Assembly: GCA_944392655.1 (NCBI GenBank)
Contig: CALXXL010000011.1
Coordinates: 3,924-67,923, forward strand
Reading direction: 5' to 3'
DNA length: 64,000 nt
From: an uncultured Victivallaceae bacterium
GTDB lineage: Bacteria > Verrucomicrobiota > Lentisphaeria > Victivallales > Victivallaceae
This document shows positions 35,359-46,900 of the stretch, one piece after another. The translations under genes and the position numbers were made by a program. Under the pieces are notes generated by a model. It ran no database searches and was not told the DNA's origin. It saw only the letters and a program-made list of their open reading frames with translations. Position 1 is the stretch's first letter. Every line of letters starts with the position of its first letter.

Positions 35359-36635
35359 TTCAGATCAGTATCCTTATTCCATACCACCTGAGCAGTGGAG
35401 CTTTTGTTATCCGCATTCTGAGTAGTCTTGGTATCCTCCGCCAAACGATATCCCTGTAACGTTGCCAGACGTTCCAAAAGTGCAATACGCTCACCTGTAT
35501 AGATGATCGTCGCACTTATTCTGTTGCCGGTACTGGCAAAACTCGTTACATACATATTGTCCGGCAGCAGCGACGTAAGACGGAAAAGAAAATTCAATGC
35601 CTCACGGTCACTGTTAAGATTTTCACAAAACTTTTGCAGCACAGCCTGCCGCCTTGCCAGTGTCTCACGCTCCTTCGCCACTTTTTCCAACATCGTCTGC
35701 GTTTCCAGTATGCGGGCGTTGGTCTCCACAATCATGTCGCGCTCCTGATACCAGATCTTGCCGATAAGAGCTATCAGCAACATAAAACAAACGACGCTCA
35801 TATATAAAATATTGTGCCGGAAACGCCGGAAACGCTGGCGGTGCAGGTCCGGCGGAAGTAATGGCTTCCGCCAATTCTTTCTACCCGAATTACGCAACAT
35901 CGCCGCGCCAAGCAGTACCGCCGATGGATATGCCCCGGAAATCGGCTGTTCACAATCCTTTAATTTCAGCCGCGGCGCAAGATCAGCTAAATGGGTCAGA
36001 GGCGGTGCAGAAGCATAACCTGCAACTATTGTGACACGCCTTAAGCCATCCTCTCCTGCCGGTTCCAAAATACAGTCCGGCTCGATAAACGGCAGAAATA
36101 TTTCCTGATTATCTAATTCCGTACCAATCGCCATAAATGGGTGCCACAGCATATCCGCTTTGACATTGGCCTTGCGCATCTCCCGGAATATCTTATCCAG
36201 CTGTTTATCCAGCACCGCCATTATTCTTACCCGCTGCTGACCATCACGCCGTTTTTCAAGCACATTATAGGTAAACTTGAGCTTTTTACGTGCCACAGGG
36301 AAACAGCTCTCCGAAGAGAAGGTTATCGCCTCTTCAAGTTCACGCCCCTCCAGGGGCGGAAAATAACGCTCGACAATCACGCACTCCGGCATATAACCGC
36401 CAAGCACCAGATAATCTTCTTCCCCAACCTGTATCTTCTCCAATATGGAGGTCAAGCGATCACCAAGTGTACGCTGCCCGGAAGTGTCACAGCAGCATGA
36501 GAGCAATTCAAGATCACCACCGAAAGTCATTCGCAGATAAACCGCATAGACCCGATACTGGTGATCCCAACTTATACTCCAGCAACTCTTGCTCATTCTG
36601 CGCCTCTTACCCCAATATTGAAAAATTATATACAC
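35355..36635 (-). CDS. GspL / PilM-PilN-like assembly platform protein
   Basis: ~280-aa cytoplasmic domain, TM helix ILYMSVVCFMLLIALIGKIWY, ~110-aa periplasmic domain. First gene of the operon. The ATG at 36596 is an alternative start. Confidence 0.45.
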   Translation of the reverse strand: MYIIFQYWGKRRRMSKSCWSISWDHQYRVYAVYLRMTFGGDLELLSCCCDTSGQRTLGDRLTSILEKIQVGEEDYLVLGGYMPECVIVERYFPPLEGRELEEAITFSSESCFPVARKKLKFTYNVLEKRRDGQQRVRIMAVLDKQLDKIFREMRKANVKADMLWHPFMAIGTELDNQEIFLPFIEPDCILEPAGEDGLRRVTIVAGYASAPPLTHLADLAPRLKLKDCEQPISGAYPSAVLLGAAMLRNSGRKNWRKPLLPPDLHRQRFRRFRHNILYMSVVCFMLLIALIGKIWYQERDMIVETNARILETQTMLEKVAKERETLARRQAVLQKFCENLNSDREALNFLFRLTSLLPDNMYVTSFASTGNRISATIIYTGERIALLERLATLQGYRLAEDTKTTQNADNKSSTAQVVWNKDTDLK

Positions 36636-36784
36636 TTAATGGTAATATATACATCTTTTCAACGCATTCAACCATAAAAAAAGTGCATTATCGATATTTT
36701 ACACAACTATTTTTCTCCGCCTGAACGATTATTTCCTCATTGCAGGTTGTATTGATAAAAATCCGCAGTTATATTATTTCTATT

Positions 36785-38767
36785 ATGGAAGATTACAATA
36801 AAATCCACGAAATGTCTCTCCAGGAACTGGTACAGTTGATTGAATATCACAATCAGCGTTACTGGGAGCTTGGCGAACCGGAAATCAGCGACGATGATTA
36901 TGACCGGTTGATGGTTGAACTGCGGAGCAGAGATCCGAATCACCCGCTTCTGCACTGGGTGGGAACTCAGCGTACAGCTTCTGCCGGAGGAAAAGTAAAA
37001 CTCGCCAAACCAATGCTTTCTCTGGACAAGGCTTATTCGCTTGAAGAGGTTGTCGAATGGGCTCAGAAATATATCCGTTCAAAAGATGAACTGTTGCTTG
37101 CCCAACCAAAATATGATGGTATTTCCGCCAACTTTGACGGTACAATTCTAGCAACCCGCGGCGATGGTGAAATAGGTGAGGACATATCGGATAAACTGCC
37201 TTTAATTGAACTTGAAGCTCCCAATTATACCGGGCAATTAAACCGTCCCGCCAGAGGCGAAATCGTTATCAGAAAAGACGACTTTGCCAATCTCTACTCC
37301 CATATTTACAAAAAAGGCGGAGGAGTATATAAAAACTCACGTAATGCAGTGGCTGGAATCATGGGATTGAAAGATATCTCCGATATGATCCGGCAGCATG
37401 CAAAACTTACCCTGGCAGATTATTCTCTTGTGTCATTCAAAATAAAATTCTCCGAACTCTCAGGTCGGTTTGCAGAGATTATCGAAACCGTTGAAGCACT
37501 GCCGTATCCAACCGACGGTGTGGTTTTTAAATTAGCTGATACGGCATACTCTGAATCACTCGGAGCTACCAGCCACCACCCGCGCGGACAGATCGCTTTC
37601 AAGTTTTCCGGCATACGCCGCAAAACAAAACTTCTGGCGGTTGAGTGGAGCTTCGGGAAAAATGCGCTTACTCCGGTCGCCGAATTGGACCCGGTTGAGA
37701 TAGGAGGAGTAACCATAAAACGCGCCACCTTGCATAATGCACAGAATATCATTGACATGGATATTCAAATCCATGATGAGGTTACCGTTGAACGGGCCGG
37801 CGACGTTATTCCATATATCGTTTCCCGTGAACCCGGCGAGGAAAGAATCAATGCCATGATAACCAACTGTCCCGGTTGTGGTAGTACGCTCGTGCGCCGC
37901 GGCCCGGAGTTATGCTGCGTCAATCCGGAGTGTTTTGAGACCAATCTGCAAAAGTTGACCGCCGCAGTAAAAAACTTCGGCATTGAACAATTAGGCGAGC
38001 CGACTATCAGAAAAATGATGCTCTCATTGGGAGTCAAAAAACTTTCCGACATCTTTAAACTGACTCAGAATCAACTGCTTAAACTGGACAATTTTGCTGA
38101 AAAATCTGCCGCAAATCTTTATCGTGAAATTGATACTGCAAAGCATGTGGCCGATTATCAATTCCTCGCTGCACTGAATATTCCCAATATCGGACTGGAT
38201 ATCGCAAAAATTCTTCTTAAACATTTCAAGCTGGAAGAACTTTCAACTCTTTCAGAAGATGAGTTGCTGAATGTACCTGGAATCGGCGAAAAACGGGCTA
38301 AAGCTATCGTAGAAATCCTGCACAGTGAAGCACAGGAAATAAACGACCTTCTTGCCACAGTCGAAGTATCCAAAACAGCACAAAACAGCAGCACGACCAG
38401 GCCAACCATATGTTTTACCGGAAAAATGCCGGAAAAACGTTCTTTTTATGAAAATCTCGCCGCCGAACATGGATATGAGGCGGTAGACAGCGTAAGCCAG
38501 TCTCTCTCTCTTCTGGTAACCGCCGATATCTCATCCAACAGCAGTAAAACCGGAAAGGCAAAAAAACTTGGTATTCCGATTGTGGAACTTCAGGATTTTC
38601 TCAGACAATTGTCCGAAAGCCGGACCGTCAAGGAACCACCCGTGCCTGAAGATAAAATTCAAAAGCCTACCGTCAAAGCTGATGAGTCCAATGTTAAATC
38701 AGAAGATGCCCCCCCAAAAGATAGCTTTGATGACGGTCTGCCGGAACAATTGACACTGGGCTTTTAA
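36785..38767 (+). CDS. ligA: NAD-dependent DNA ligase
   Basis: Start moved to the ATG at 36785 ([15 protein letters not shown]). KYDGIS adenylation motif, Zn finger CPGCGS..CVNPEC, HhH and BRCT regions. ~50-aa low-complexity tail. Confidence 0.95.
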   Translation: MEDYNKIHEMSLQELVQLIEYHNQRYWELGEPEISDDDYDRLMVELRSRDPNHPLLHWVGTQRTASAGGKVKLAKPMLSLDKAYSLEEVVEWAQKYIRSKDELLLAQPKYDGISANFDGTILATRGDGEIGEDISDKLPLIELEAPNYTGQLNRPARGEIVIRKDDFANLYSHIYKKGGGVYKNSRNAVAGIMGLKDISDMIRQHAKLTLADYSLVSFKIKFSELSGRFAEIIETVEALPYPTDGVVFKLADTAYSESLGATSHHPRGQIAFKFSGIRRKTKLLAVEWSFGKNALTPVAELDPVEIGGVTIKRATLHNAQNIIDMDIQIHDEVTVERAGDVIPYIVSREPGEERINAMITNCPGCGSTLVRRGPELCCVNPECFETNLQKLTAAVKNFGIEQLGEPTIRKMMLSLGVKKLSDIFKLTQNQLLKLDNFAEKSAANLYREIDTAKHVADYQFLAALNIPNIGLDIAKILLKHFKLEELSTLSEDELLNVPGIGEKRAKAIVEILHSEAQEINDLLATVEVSKTAQNSSTTRPTICFTGKMPEKRSFYENLAAEHGYEAVDSVSQSLSLLVTADISSNSSKTGKAKKLGIPIVELQDFLRQLSESRTVKEPPVPEDKIQKPTVKADESNVKSEDAPPKDSFDDGLPEQLTLGF

Positions 38768-40338
38768 ACCTCTTTACCACGTCCCGGACGGTACCAGTCC
38801 GGAGTAATGCCGTATTTGTTGATCTTATAGTGAATTACCCGACTGGACAATCCGAGATGTTTGGCCGATTGTGTAACATTGCCATTGTTGGATTTCAGCG
38901 CTTCAACAATTAATTCACGTTCAAATGAATTGACAAGAGTCTCAAAATCAACCGGTTCACCATTTCCAGGAAGATTGGCTGTCCCGGAAACTTCACCTGT
39001 CTGCAATGACGGCGGCAGATTATAGGCGCAAATCACCTCTGTCGTAGCTGTCAGCACCGCACGCTCCATGCAGTTCTCCAGCTCACGGACATTTCCGGGC
39101 CAATGATAACTCATAAGCATATTAATCGCCGGAGTGGAGATGCGTTTGATCTTTTTATTGTAAACTTTGGCGTATTTATCCAGAAAAAACTCCGCCAAAA
39201 GCATAATATCACAACGCCGTTTACGCAATTCCGGCAGATGAATGGGAAAAACATTCAACCGGTAATAGAGGTCTTCACGGAATTTTCCTTCCGCCATAAG
39301 CTGCTCCAAATTGCGGCTAGTTGCCGCAAGTATCCGGACGTCAGCATGAAGTTCCTGGTTGCTGCCAACCCGGCTGAATGTCCGCTCCTGAATAAAACGC
39401 AGAAGTTTTACCTGCACCTGCAAACTTATATCGCCTATCTCATCCAGAAACAGCGTTCCGCCGTCAGCCGCTTCCGCACGGCCAATACGACGGCTTACCG
39501 CTCCGGTAAACGCACCTTTTTCATGACCGAACAGTTCGCTCTCTATCAGATTATCCGGCAAAGCCGCACAGTTGACCGTCACAAATGGCTTGTCGCTGCG
39601 GTTGCTCCCTTTCTGAATTGCACGGGCAACCAGCTCTTTACCTGTACCGGATGCACCGCGGATCAGCACCGTGGCATTACTGGGCGCCACCTGATTGATC
39701 ATCGCATAAACCTGCTGCATCGTATTGCAGTTACCAATAATATCAGCCGGGCGACGGCCATGGGTCAACTCTTCTTTCAATCTACGGTTTTCCGCTAAAA
39801 GCTGATCCCGCTCCTGATAGTCCTGCAACATCACTGAAACAGCTTCCGCAATTATATTCGCCACTGTCTCCAACAGCCGGAGATGCTGCTCCAAATCAAC
39901 GCCCTGGGTTGTATCACAGTCGATACTCAATGTACCGATAACCCGTTCTTCATGAATTATAGGCACACAGATAAAGGCAATCGGCCCGCCGCCGGCCTCA
40001 ACCAGTTTTTTGTGAACTCCAGTACGGTTGAGAAAACGCGGTTCACGGGAAATATCAGGAATTATGCACGGCCTGCCACTCTCTGCCACCATACCGGTAA
40101 CACCTTCACCAAGATTGTATTTTCCACGTGCCCGGGCCTCTTCACTCAACCCCTGCGACGCTTCTATGTAAAAAGTGTCATTCTGCCTCAGAGTTATTGT
40201 ACCATGTATCAGCCCCATCTCCCGATAGAGAATATCGAGAACTTTACGTAAAAGTGTAGATACATCCCGTTCTTTTACCAGCGCAACACTGATATGATTC
40301 AATACCGATATGGCAAGTTCGTTATTATCTCCGTGCAT
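38764..40338 (-). CDS. sigma-54-dependent transcriptional activator, GAF-AAA+-HTH (NifA-type architecture)
   Basis: N-terminal GAF-like region, GASGTGKE Walker A, GAFTGA loop, C-terminal Fis-type HTH ([26 protein letters not shown]). No receiver domain. Confidence 0.9.
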   Translation of the reverse strand: MHGDNNELAISVLNHISVALVKERDVSTLLRKVLDILYREMGLIHGTITLRQNDTFYIEASQGLSEEARARGKYNLGEGVTGMVAESGRPCIIPDISREPRFLNRTGVHKKLVEAGGGPIAFICVPIIHEERVIGTLSIDCDTTQGVDLEQHLRLLETVANIIAEAVSVMLQDYQERDQLLAENRRLKEELTHGRRPADIIGNCNTMQQVYAMINQVAPSNATVLIRGASGTGKELVARAIQKGSNRSDKPFVTVNCAALPDNLIESELFGHEKGAFTGAVSRRIGRAEAADGGTLFLDEIGDISLQVQVKLLRFIQERTFSRVGSNQELHADVRILAATSRNLEQLMAEGKFREDLYYRLNVFPIHLPELRKRRCDIMLLAEFFLDKYAKVYNKKIKRISTPAINMLMSYHWPGNVRELENCMERAVLTATTEVICAYNLPPSLQTGEVSGTANLPGNGEPVDFETLVNSFERELIVEALKSNNGNVTQSAKHLGLSSRVIHYKINKYGITPDWYRPGRGKEV

Positions 40339-40399
40339 GAGCTTTCCTGCAATAGTTTCAGTTTCAGGTAAAATAACGCTAAAACCGGATTAAGTCAAA

Positions 40400-41626
40400 T
40401 TACATATTCAACTTAATACGTTCAATCGCTTCAATTGTCCGGTTCCGTTCTCCAAATGCAGTCAAACGGAAACATCCCTCGCCACAAGGCCCGAAACCTA
40501 CGCCAGGAGTTCCAACTACCCCGGCCTTAGTCAAAAGCCGGTCAAAGAAATTCATTGATAACTCTCCCTCCGGCAGTTTTAACCAGATATAAGGCGCATT
40601 CTTTCCGCCATAAAGCTCCCAGCCCATGCTTTCCAATCCATTCCGTATAATAGCGGCATTTTCCATGTAATAGGCCACCTGCTCTTTAATCTGACGTCTC
40701 CCCTCATCTGAATAAACCGCTGCAGCCGCACGCTGTATAACGTACGGAACTCCGTTGAATTTGGTCGTCTGTCTTCTCAGCCATAATTGATTGAGCTCAT
40801 GGAGTCCACCATTACCATCGCTTACCATTACCGTATGCGGAATCACGGTATACGCGCATCTGGTACCCGTAAAGCCTGCGGTTTTGCTGAATGAACGAAA
40901 TTCAACCGCAACCTTTTCCGCCCCGGGGATTTCATAGATGGAACGCGGGAGATCGGCATCTGCTATATAGGCTTCGTAAGCTGAGTCAAACAGAATAACC
41001 GCTTTCTCTGCCAACGCATATTCGACCCAGCGCGTCAACTGTTCACGGTTCAATACAGTACCGGTCGGATTGTTTGGCGAACACAGATAAATCATATCGA
41101 CATGACAATCCGGAATTGCCGGAATAAAACCGTTTTCCGCTGTGCATTTCAGATAGACAATTTTTTCATATCGTCCGTTATTCATAACTCCGGAGCGCCC
41201 AGCCATGATGTTGGTATCAAGATATACCGGATAAACCGGGTCTGTTATCGCTACACTGCAATCGCCGGAAAAAAGCTCCTGAAAGTTGGCAACATCACTC
41301 TTGCTGCCATCAGATACAAATATCTCATCATCAGCAACAGCAATACCCCTTTTCCGGTAGTCATATTCGGCTATTGCTGAACGCAGAAATTCATAGCCCT
41401 GCTCAGGCCCGTATCCATGAAATCCATCTTTACTGCCCATTTCCCTGGAAGCACTGACCATCGCTTCCACTACCGCAGGCGCTAACGGCTGCGTAACATC
41501 GCCAATTCCCAAACGTATTATATCGGCTCCGGGATTGCTTTTTAAATAAGCGCCTACCTTACGATTAATCTCGGCAAAGAGATAACTGCCGGCAAGATTA
41601 AGATAATTTTCATTCATTAAAGCCAT
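40400..41626 (-). CDS. dapL: LL-diaminopimelate aminotransferase
   Basis: [30 protein letters not shown] and the PLP-Lys motif [17 protein letters not shown] match the DapL family. Confidence 0.85.
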   Translation of the reverse strand: MALMNENYLNLAGSYLFAEINRKVGAYLKSNPGADIIRLGIGDVTQPLAPAVVEAMVSASREMGSKDGFHGYGPEQGYEFLRSAIAEYDYRKRGIAVADDEIFVSDGSKSDVANFQELFSGDCSVAITDPVYPVYLDTNIMAGRSGVMNNGRYEKIVYLKCTAENGFIPAIPDCHVDMIYLCSPNNPTGTVLNREQLTRWVEYALAEKAVILFDSAYEAYIADADLPRSIYEIPGAEKVAVEFRSFSKTAGFTGTRCAYTVIPHTVMVSDGNGGLHELNQLWLRRQTTKFNGVPYVIQRAAAAVYSDEGRRQIKEQVAYYMENAAIIRNGLESMGWELYGGKNAPYIWLKLPEGELSMNFFDRLLTKAGVVGTPGVGFGPCGEGCFRLTAFGERNRTIEAIERIKLNM

Positions 41627-41632
41627 TTTTCA

Positions 41633-42457
41633 TCAACTCCAATTACCGGAAAACACCTCTACCGCCGGCCCGGTCATAGTTACAATACCATTTTCCTTAT
41701 AAGAGATCATCAGCTCTCCGCCATCAAGTATAACCGTAACGTCGCGATCGGTTCTCTGCGTCAATACTCCGGCAACAACACTGGCACAGCTGCCAGTGCC
41801 GCAAGCCATGGTTATACCGCAGCCACGTTCCCAGACCCGCATACGTATTTTACCGGCATTGATGCGCTGTACAAACTCAACATTGGTTTTATGCGGAAAC
41901 ATCGGGTGACGTTCAATTCTCGGGCCCCAATCTTCCAGGGCAATCTGGGCAAGATTATCGACAAATATCACAAAATGGGGATTCCCCATCGATACGCCGG
42001 TACCGTACCATGTCCAGCCATTAACCTCCAGCGGAATATTAATTGCGGTATCCTCTTCATCACCCTGCATCGGAATCTCGCCGCGCAGAAGTCTGGCTTT
42101 CCCCATATTAACCTCAACCAGATTATCTTCGCCATCCAGCACACGCGGTTCCACAACTCCTGCAAGTGTCTCCAGCCGTACTGATCCGCCATCCGACATC
42201 CCGCGGCTTTTTAAATAACTTGCCACACAACGGGTGGCGTTACCGCACATCTCAGCATAAGTACCATCAGAATTAATTATGCGCATCTGAAAATCCGCCG
42301 TATCACTTGGCGCGATCAATACAAGGCCATCAGCTCCAATACCAAAATGACGGTCACACATCGCCTTGGCCAGTTCACGTTCATCATATATGGTCTCTTC
42401 AAAAGTGTTTACTATAACAAAATCATTGCCTAAACCCTGCCATTTTGTGAATCTCAT
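41633..42457 (-). CDS. dapF: diaminopimelate epimerase
   Basis: FTKWQGLGNDFV, active-site motifs CGNATRC and ACGTGSCA. 274 aa. Confidence 0.9.
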   Translation of the reverse strand: MRFTKWQGLGNDFVIVNTFEETIYDERELAKAMCDRHFGIGADGLVLIAPSDTADFQMRIINSDGTYAEMCGNATRCVASYLKSRGMSDGGSVRLETLAGVVEPRVLDGEDNLVEVNMGKARLLRGEIPMQGDEEDTAINIPLEVNGWTWYGTGVSMGNPHFVIFVDNLAQIALEDWGPRIERHPMFPHKTNVEFVQRINAGKIRMRVWERGCGITMACGTGSCASVVAGVLTQRTDRDVTVILDGGELMISYKENGIVTMTGPAVEVFSGNWS

Positions 42458-43893
42458 TTTTCCCCTCCTCCAAGGTAATTATCCACCGCATCGGCAACAG
42501 CACGGCCTGATGCTATCGCCCGTACAACCAAACTTGGTCCGGATACCGTATCGCCGGCAGCAAACACTCCATTTTGTTCAGTTACTCCGGCACAGGAACA
42601 TTTTACCCAGCCGCGTTCAGTCAGAGATACATTGAAGCGACCGGATAAATCTTCCGCCTTGAAGCCGACAAAACCCATCGCCAGCAATACCATATCAGCC
42701 TTAATCTCAAACTGACTGCCGGGAATTTCAGTGAATCTCAGCGGTCTGCCATCCGGCGAGAACTCCCATTCCACCCGAACCGCCTGTATCGCCTTGACGT
42801 GACCGTCTTTTCCGGCAAAACTCTTGGTCGCAATCGACCACTCCCGTTCACAGCCCTCCTTATGACTGCTGCTGGTGCGCAACATATACGGCCACATCGG
42901 CCATGGAGTTGATGGACTTCTCTTTTCCGGAGGTTTTGGCATAATTTCAATCTGAGTAACTTTGGTCGCCCCCTGCCGTAACGCCGTACCTACGCAGTCA
43001 CTGCCGGTATCGCCGCCACCTATAACTACTACCTCTTTCCCGAAAGCAGATAATTCCTGCGCATCATCTGGTGATTCTTCGCCCGAAACTATCCGGTTCT
43101 GGCGACCGAGAAACTGTAAAGCAAGATATATCCCTTCAAGCTCACGTCCAGGAATCGCCAGATCACGGGCATTGGGCGTACCCATAGCAAGAACAATCGC
43201 ATCATAATGACGTTTCAGATATTCCAGAGAAATATCCTTGCCGATATCCGCATTCACCACAAATTCGATACCTTCATCCACCATCAGCTGCAACCGGCGG
43301 TCTATTACACTCTTAGCCAGCTTGAAGTCCGGAATGCCGTAACGCAGAAGTCCGCCTATTTTTGCCGACTTCTCGTAAACTGTAACCATATACCCCATGC
43401 TGTTGAGCCTGGCTGCCGCGGCAAGACCTGCAGGACCAGCCCCTACTACCGCAACCTTTTTGCCATTGCGGGAAACCGGAGCATGAGGCTGAACATAACC
43501 ACGTTTAAAAGCCTCCTCCGTTACCAGATATTCCAACTGACGGATCGTTACCGGTTCCAAATCCAACCCCGCGGTACAGGCGCCTTCACACAATGCCGGG
43601 CATATCCGGCTGGTAAACTCCGGAAAACTGCTGGTATTGGAAAGCAATGCCCAGGCATCTTCAAACCGTTCCTCCATTACCGCCTTGTTGATCTCCGGGA
43701 TCACATTCTTTAAAGGACAGCCCATGCCATGACAAAACGGAATACCGCAACTCATACAACGGGAAGCCTGTTCCTTTAACACATCCAATGCCGGATGCAC
43801 TTCCACCTCATTGTAATCTTTCAAACGCTCCGCCACCGGACGGTAAACAGCATCCACTCTTTTGGTATCCAGAAAATTTCTATCTTTAGCCAT
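42454..43893 (-). CDS. gltD: glutamate synthase small subunit
   Basis: Start moved to the ATG at 43893, after AGGAGT. Fe-S Cys clusters (CMSCGIPFCH, CPALCEGAC). FAD/NAD fold VAVVGAGPAGLAAA. Confidence 0.9.
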   Translation of the reverse strand: MAKDRNFLDTKRVDAVYRPVAERLKDYNEVEVHPALDVLKEQASRCMSCGIPFCHGMGCPLKNVIPEINKAVMEERFEDAWALLSNTSSFPEFTSRICPALCEGACTAGLDLEPVTIRQLEYLVTEEAFKRGYVQPHAPVSRNGKKVAVVGAGPAGLAAAARLNSMGYMVTVYEKSAKIGGLLRYGIPDFKLAKSVIDRRLQLMVDEGIEFVVNADIGKDISLEYLKRHYDAIVLAMGTPNARDLAIPGRELEGIYLALQFLGRQNRIVSGEESPDDAQELSAFGKEVVVIGGGDTGSDCVGTALRQGATKVTQIEIMPKPPEKRSPSTPWPMWPYMLRTSSSHKEGCEREWSIATKSFAGKDGHVKAIQAVRVEWEFSPDGRPLRFTEIPGSQFEIKADMVLLAMGFVGFKAEDLSGRFNVSLTERGWVKCSCAGVTEQNGVFAAGDTVSGPSLVVRAIASGRAVADAVDNYLGGGEK

Positions 43894-43915
43894 TTTTAGT
43901 ACTCCTTTCCGGGGC

Positions 43916-46900
43916 TTATGCCTGTTGTATCCGGCGGTCAACCGCATTCGCGTCAGCCTTGCTCATACGGCCGAGAGCTTTGCGGTATTCAACCGGAAAT
44001 ACTTTTACAAATTTCGCCCGTTCATTTTCCCAGTCTTCAAGCATACGGCCGGCAAGCGGACTGCCGGTAGCTCCAAAATGTTCTTTGATAAGACCAAGTA
44101 ACTCGTCCTCGTCCGCAGTTCCCTTTGAGATATTCTCCAAGTCTACTGTTGATGTGTTACAGCGAAGGTCGAAGTCACCGTCATCGTCATATACATAGGC
44201 AATACCGCCTGTCATACCGGCCGCAAAGTTCATTCCTGTCCGACCAAGCACTACCACCCGCCCCCCGGTCATGTATTCACAGCCATGGTCGCCAACTCCT
44301 TCAACAACCGCAGTCATTCCACTGTTGCGGATGGCAAACCGTTCGCCAGCCATACCGTTAAGGAAAATCTTGCCGCTTATCGCACCATAACCGATAACGT
44401 TACCGGCAATAACATTTTCCTCCGCGATCAACGGCGCATCGGCCGCAGGCCGGATAATAATCTTGCCGCCGGATAAACCTTTGCCGACAAAGTCGTTCGC
44501 ATCACCTTCAAGCGATAACGTAATTCCGTGCGCCAAAAATGCACCGAAACTCTGTCCTGCGCATCCCTTCAAATTTATCTTTATCGTATCATCCGGCAAT
44601 CCGGCATGACCATAGCGCCGTGCAACTTCACTGGAAAGTCGCGTCCCGACGGTACGGGCAACGTTGTTGACCGTACAGGTAATCGTAACAGGCTGCTTAT
44701 TGGTCAACGCCGCTTCTGCCTGCGGTATCAGCAACTGTTCATCCAGCGTATCCGCCAGGCTTACCGGTTCACGATGCGTGCAGTGTAATGGAGATGCTCC
44801 GCCAACTTCCGCAAAGATTGCAGAAAAATCCAGATTATGCGCTTTCCAGAATTCTATTGCTTCATTGGTCTCCAAAAGATCAACTCTTCCGACCGCATCT
44901 TCCAGTTTGTGCAATCCAAGCGCTGCCAGATATCCACGCACCTCTTCCGCTACAAAGTAGAGGAAGTTTTCAATGTTTTCCGGCTTACCGGTAAAGAATT
45001 TACGCAATTCAGGATCCTGAGTTGCAACACCTACCGGACAGGTATTGCTGTGACACTTACGCATCATCAGGCAACCGAGACAAACCAGAATTGTAGTGGC
45101 AAAACCGAACTCTTCCGCGCCCAGCAGTGCACCGATAATCACATCACGCCCGGTTTTCAACTGGCCATCAACCTGAAGCCGAACCCGGTCACGCAGCATA
45201 TTCAGTCTCAACGTCTGCTGGGCTTCTGCCAATCCCAATTCCCATGGCAGACCAACGTGTTTGATACTGGATAGCGGCGACGCACCGGTACCACCGTCAT
45301 GTCCACTGATCAAGATAACATCAGCATGTCCTTTGGCCACGCCGGCAGCAACTGTACCAACACCAACTTCTGAAACCAGTTTTACCGATATTCTCGCCTG
45401 ATTATTGGCATTGCGCAGGTCATATATCAGCTGCGCCAGGTCTTCTATCGAATAGATATCGTGATGCGGCGGCGGAGAAATCAATGATACTCCGGGTATC
45501 GAATGCCGTACTCTGGCGATCTCATCATTTACCTTATACCCCGGCAATTGACCGCCCTCGCCCGGCTTGGCTCCCTGCGCAATCTTGATTTGCAACTCTT
45601 TTGCATTGACCAGGTATTCCGCAGTAACCCCGAAACGCCCACTGGCGACCTGCTTAATTGCACTGCACTTAGATACTTCTCCGGGTTTTACTACATATCT
45701 GGCCGGGTCTTCTCCGCCCTCCCCGGAATTACTCATACCGCCAAGACGGTTCATAGCCTGCGCAATCGTCATGTGCGCTTCAGGACTGATTGACCCGAAA
45801 CTCATTGCTCCGGTTACAAAGCGTTTCACAATTTCACTGGCCGGTTCGACCTCATCCAGCGGAATTGATTGACACTGTTTGAATTTAAACAATCCGCGCA
45901 ATGTACACAGATGCCGTTCCTGATTATTGATGTATTCAGCATACTTCTTATAAGCATTGCCATCATTGTTATACACCGCCTGATGGAAAAGTGTGATTGT
46001 TTCCGGATTCCACAGGTGATTTTCGCCGTCAAACCGATAGGCGTACTGGCCGCCGGATGGCAGAACTCTGCTCGGAATCTTTTCCGCCGCACGACAGCGG
46101 GATACAGCTTCCTGAACAACTCCGGCAAGACCAATCCCTCCGATACGCGAAGCCGTTCCGGTAAAGTAACGGTCTACAAGTTCTTTGCTTAAGCCGATCG
46201 CTTCGAAGGTCTGCGCCCCACGGAAACTGCGCAAAGTAGAGATACCGAGCTTTGACATCACCTTCAATAAGCCTTTGACTATGGCATGGATATAATTTTC
46301 TGTCGCTTTTGCTGCATCCGCGCCCGGAACCCGGCCCTGCTCAACCAGAGAAACTACACTTTCAAGCGCAACATAAGGATTTATCGCAGTAGCACCGAAA
46401 CCGAGCAGCAGTACAAAGTGCATCACCTCACGAGGCTCACCACTTTCTATAACCAGCCCCGCTGAGGTACGCAAATGGTGCTTAATCAGAAAACGGTTGA
46501 CCGCCGCTGTGGCTAAAAGCGCCGGAATCGGGATCTCGCCATCGGGCAGATTGCGGTCGCTCAGCACGATCACACTGCGACCGGCACGTATCTCTGCCGC
46601 CGCACGTTCGCCCAATTTTTCCAATGCCTCAGATAATCCACTCTCTCCTCTGGCGGGATCAAATCCCATCGTCAGCGTAGCCGCCTGGAAAGTTGGAACC
46701 ACGGAAGAACGCAAACGTTCCAGATCCTCATTGGTCAATATCGGATGCAATAATTTGACCAGATGTGCATGCCGCGGCGACTCTTCCAGAATATTGCCCT
46801 GATTACCAATATAGGTCATGGTACTCATGACCAGCTGTTCACGAATCGGGTCAATCGGCGGGTTGGTCACCTGGGCAAACAACTGCTTGAAATAGTTATA

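Noticed and set aside
25809-36635. Interpreting the secretion cluster as a type IV pilus or Tad system
   Set aside because: The major pilin has GspG-specific motifs (DPW.N.Y, the GADG..GG..D calcium loop). A GspK-like protein and a GspH-I-J-K run are present, and there is no PilT retraction ATPase. A T2SS is the better fit.
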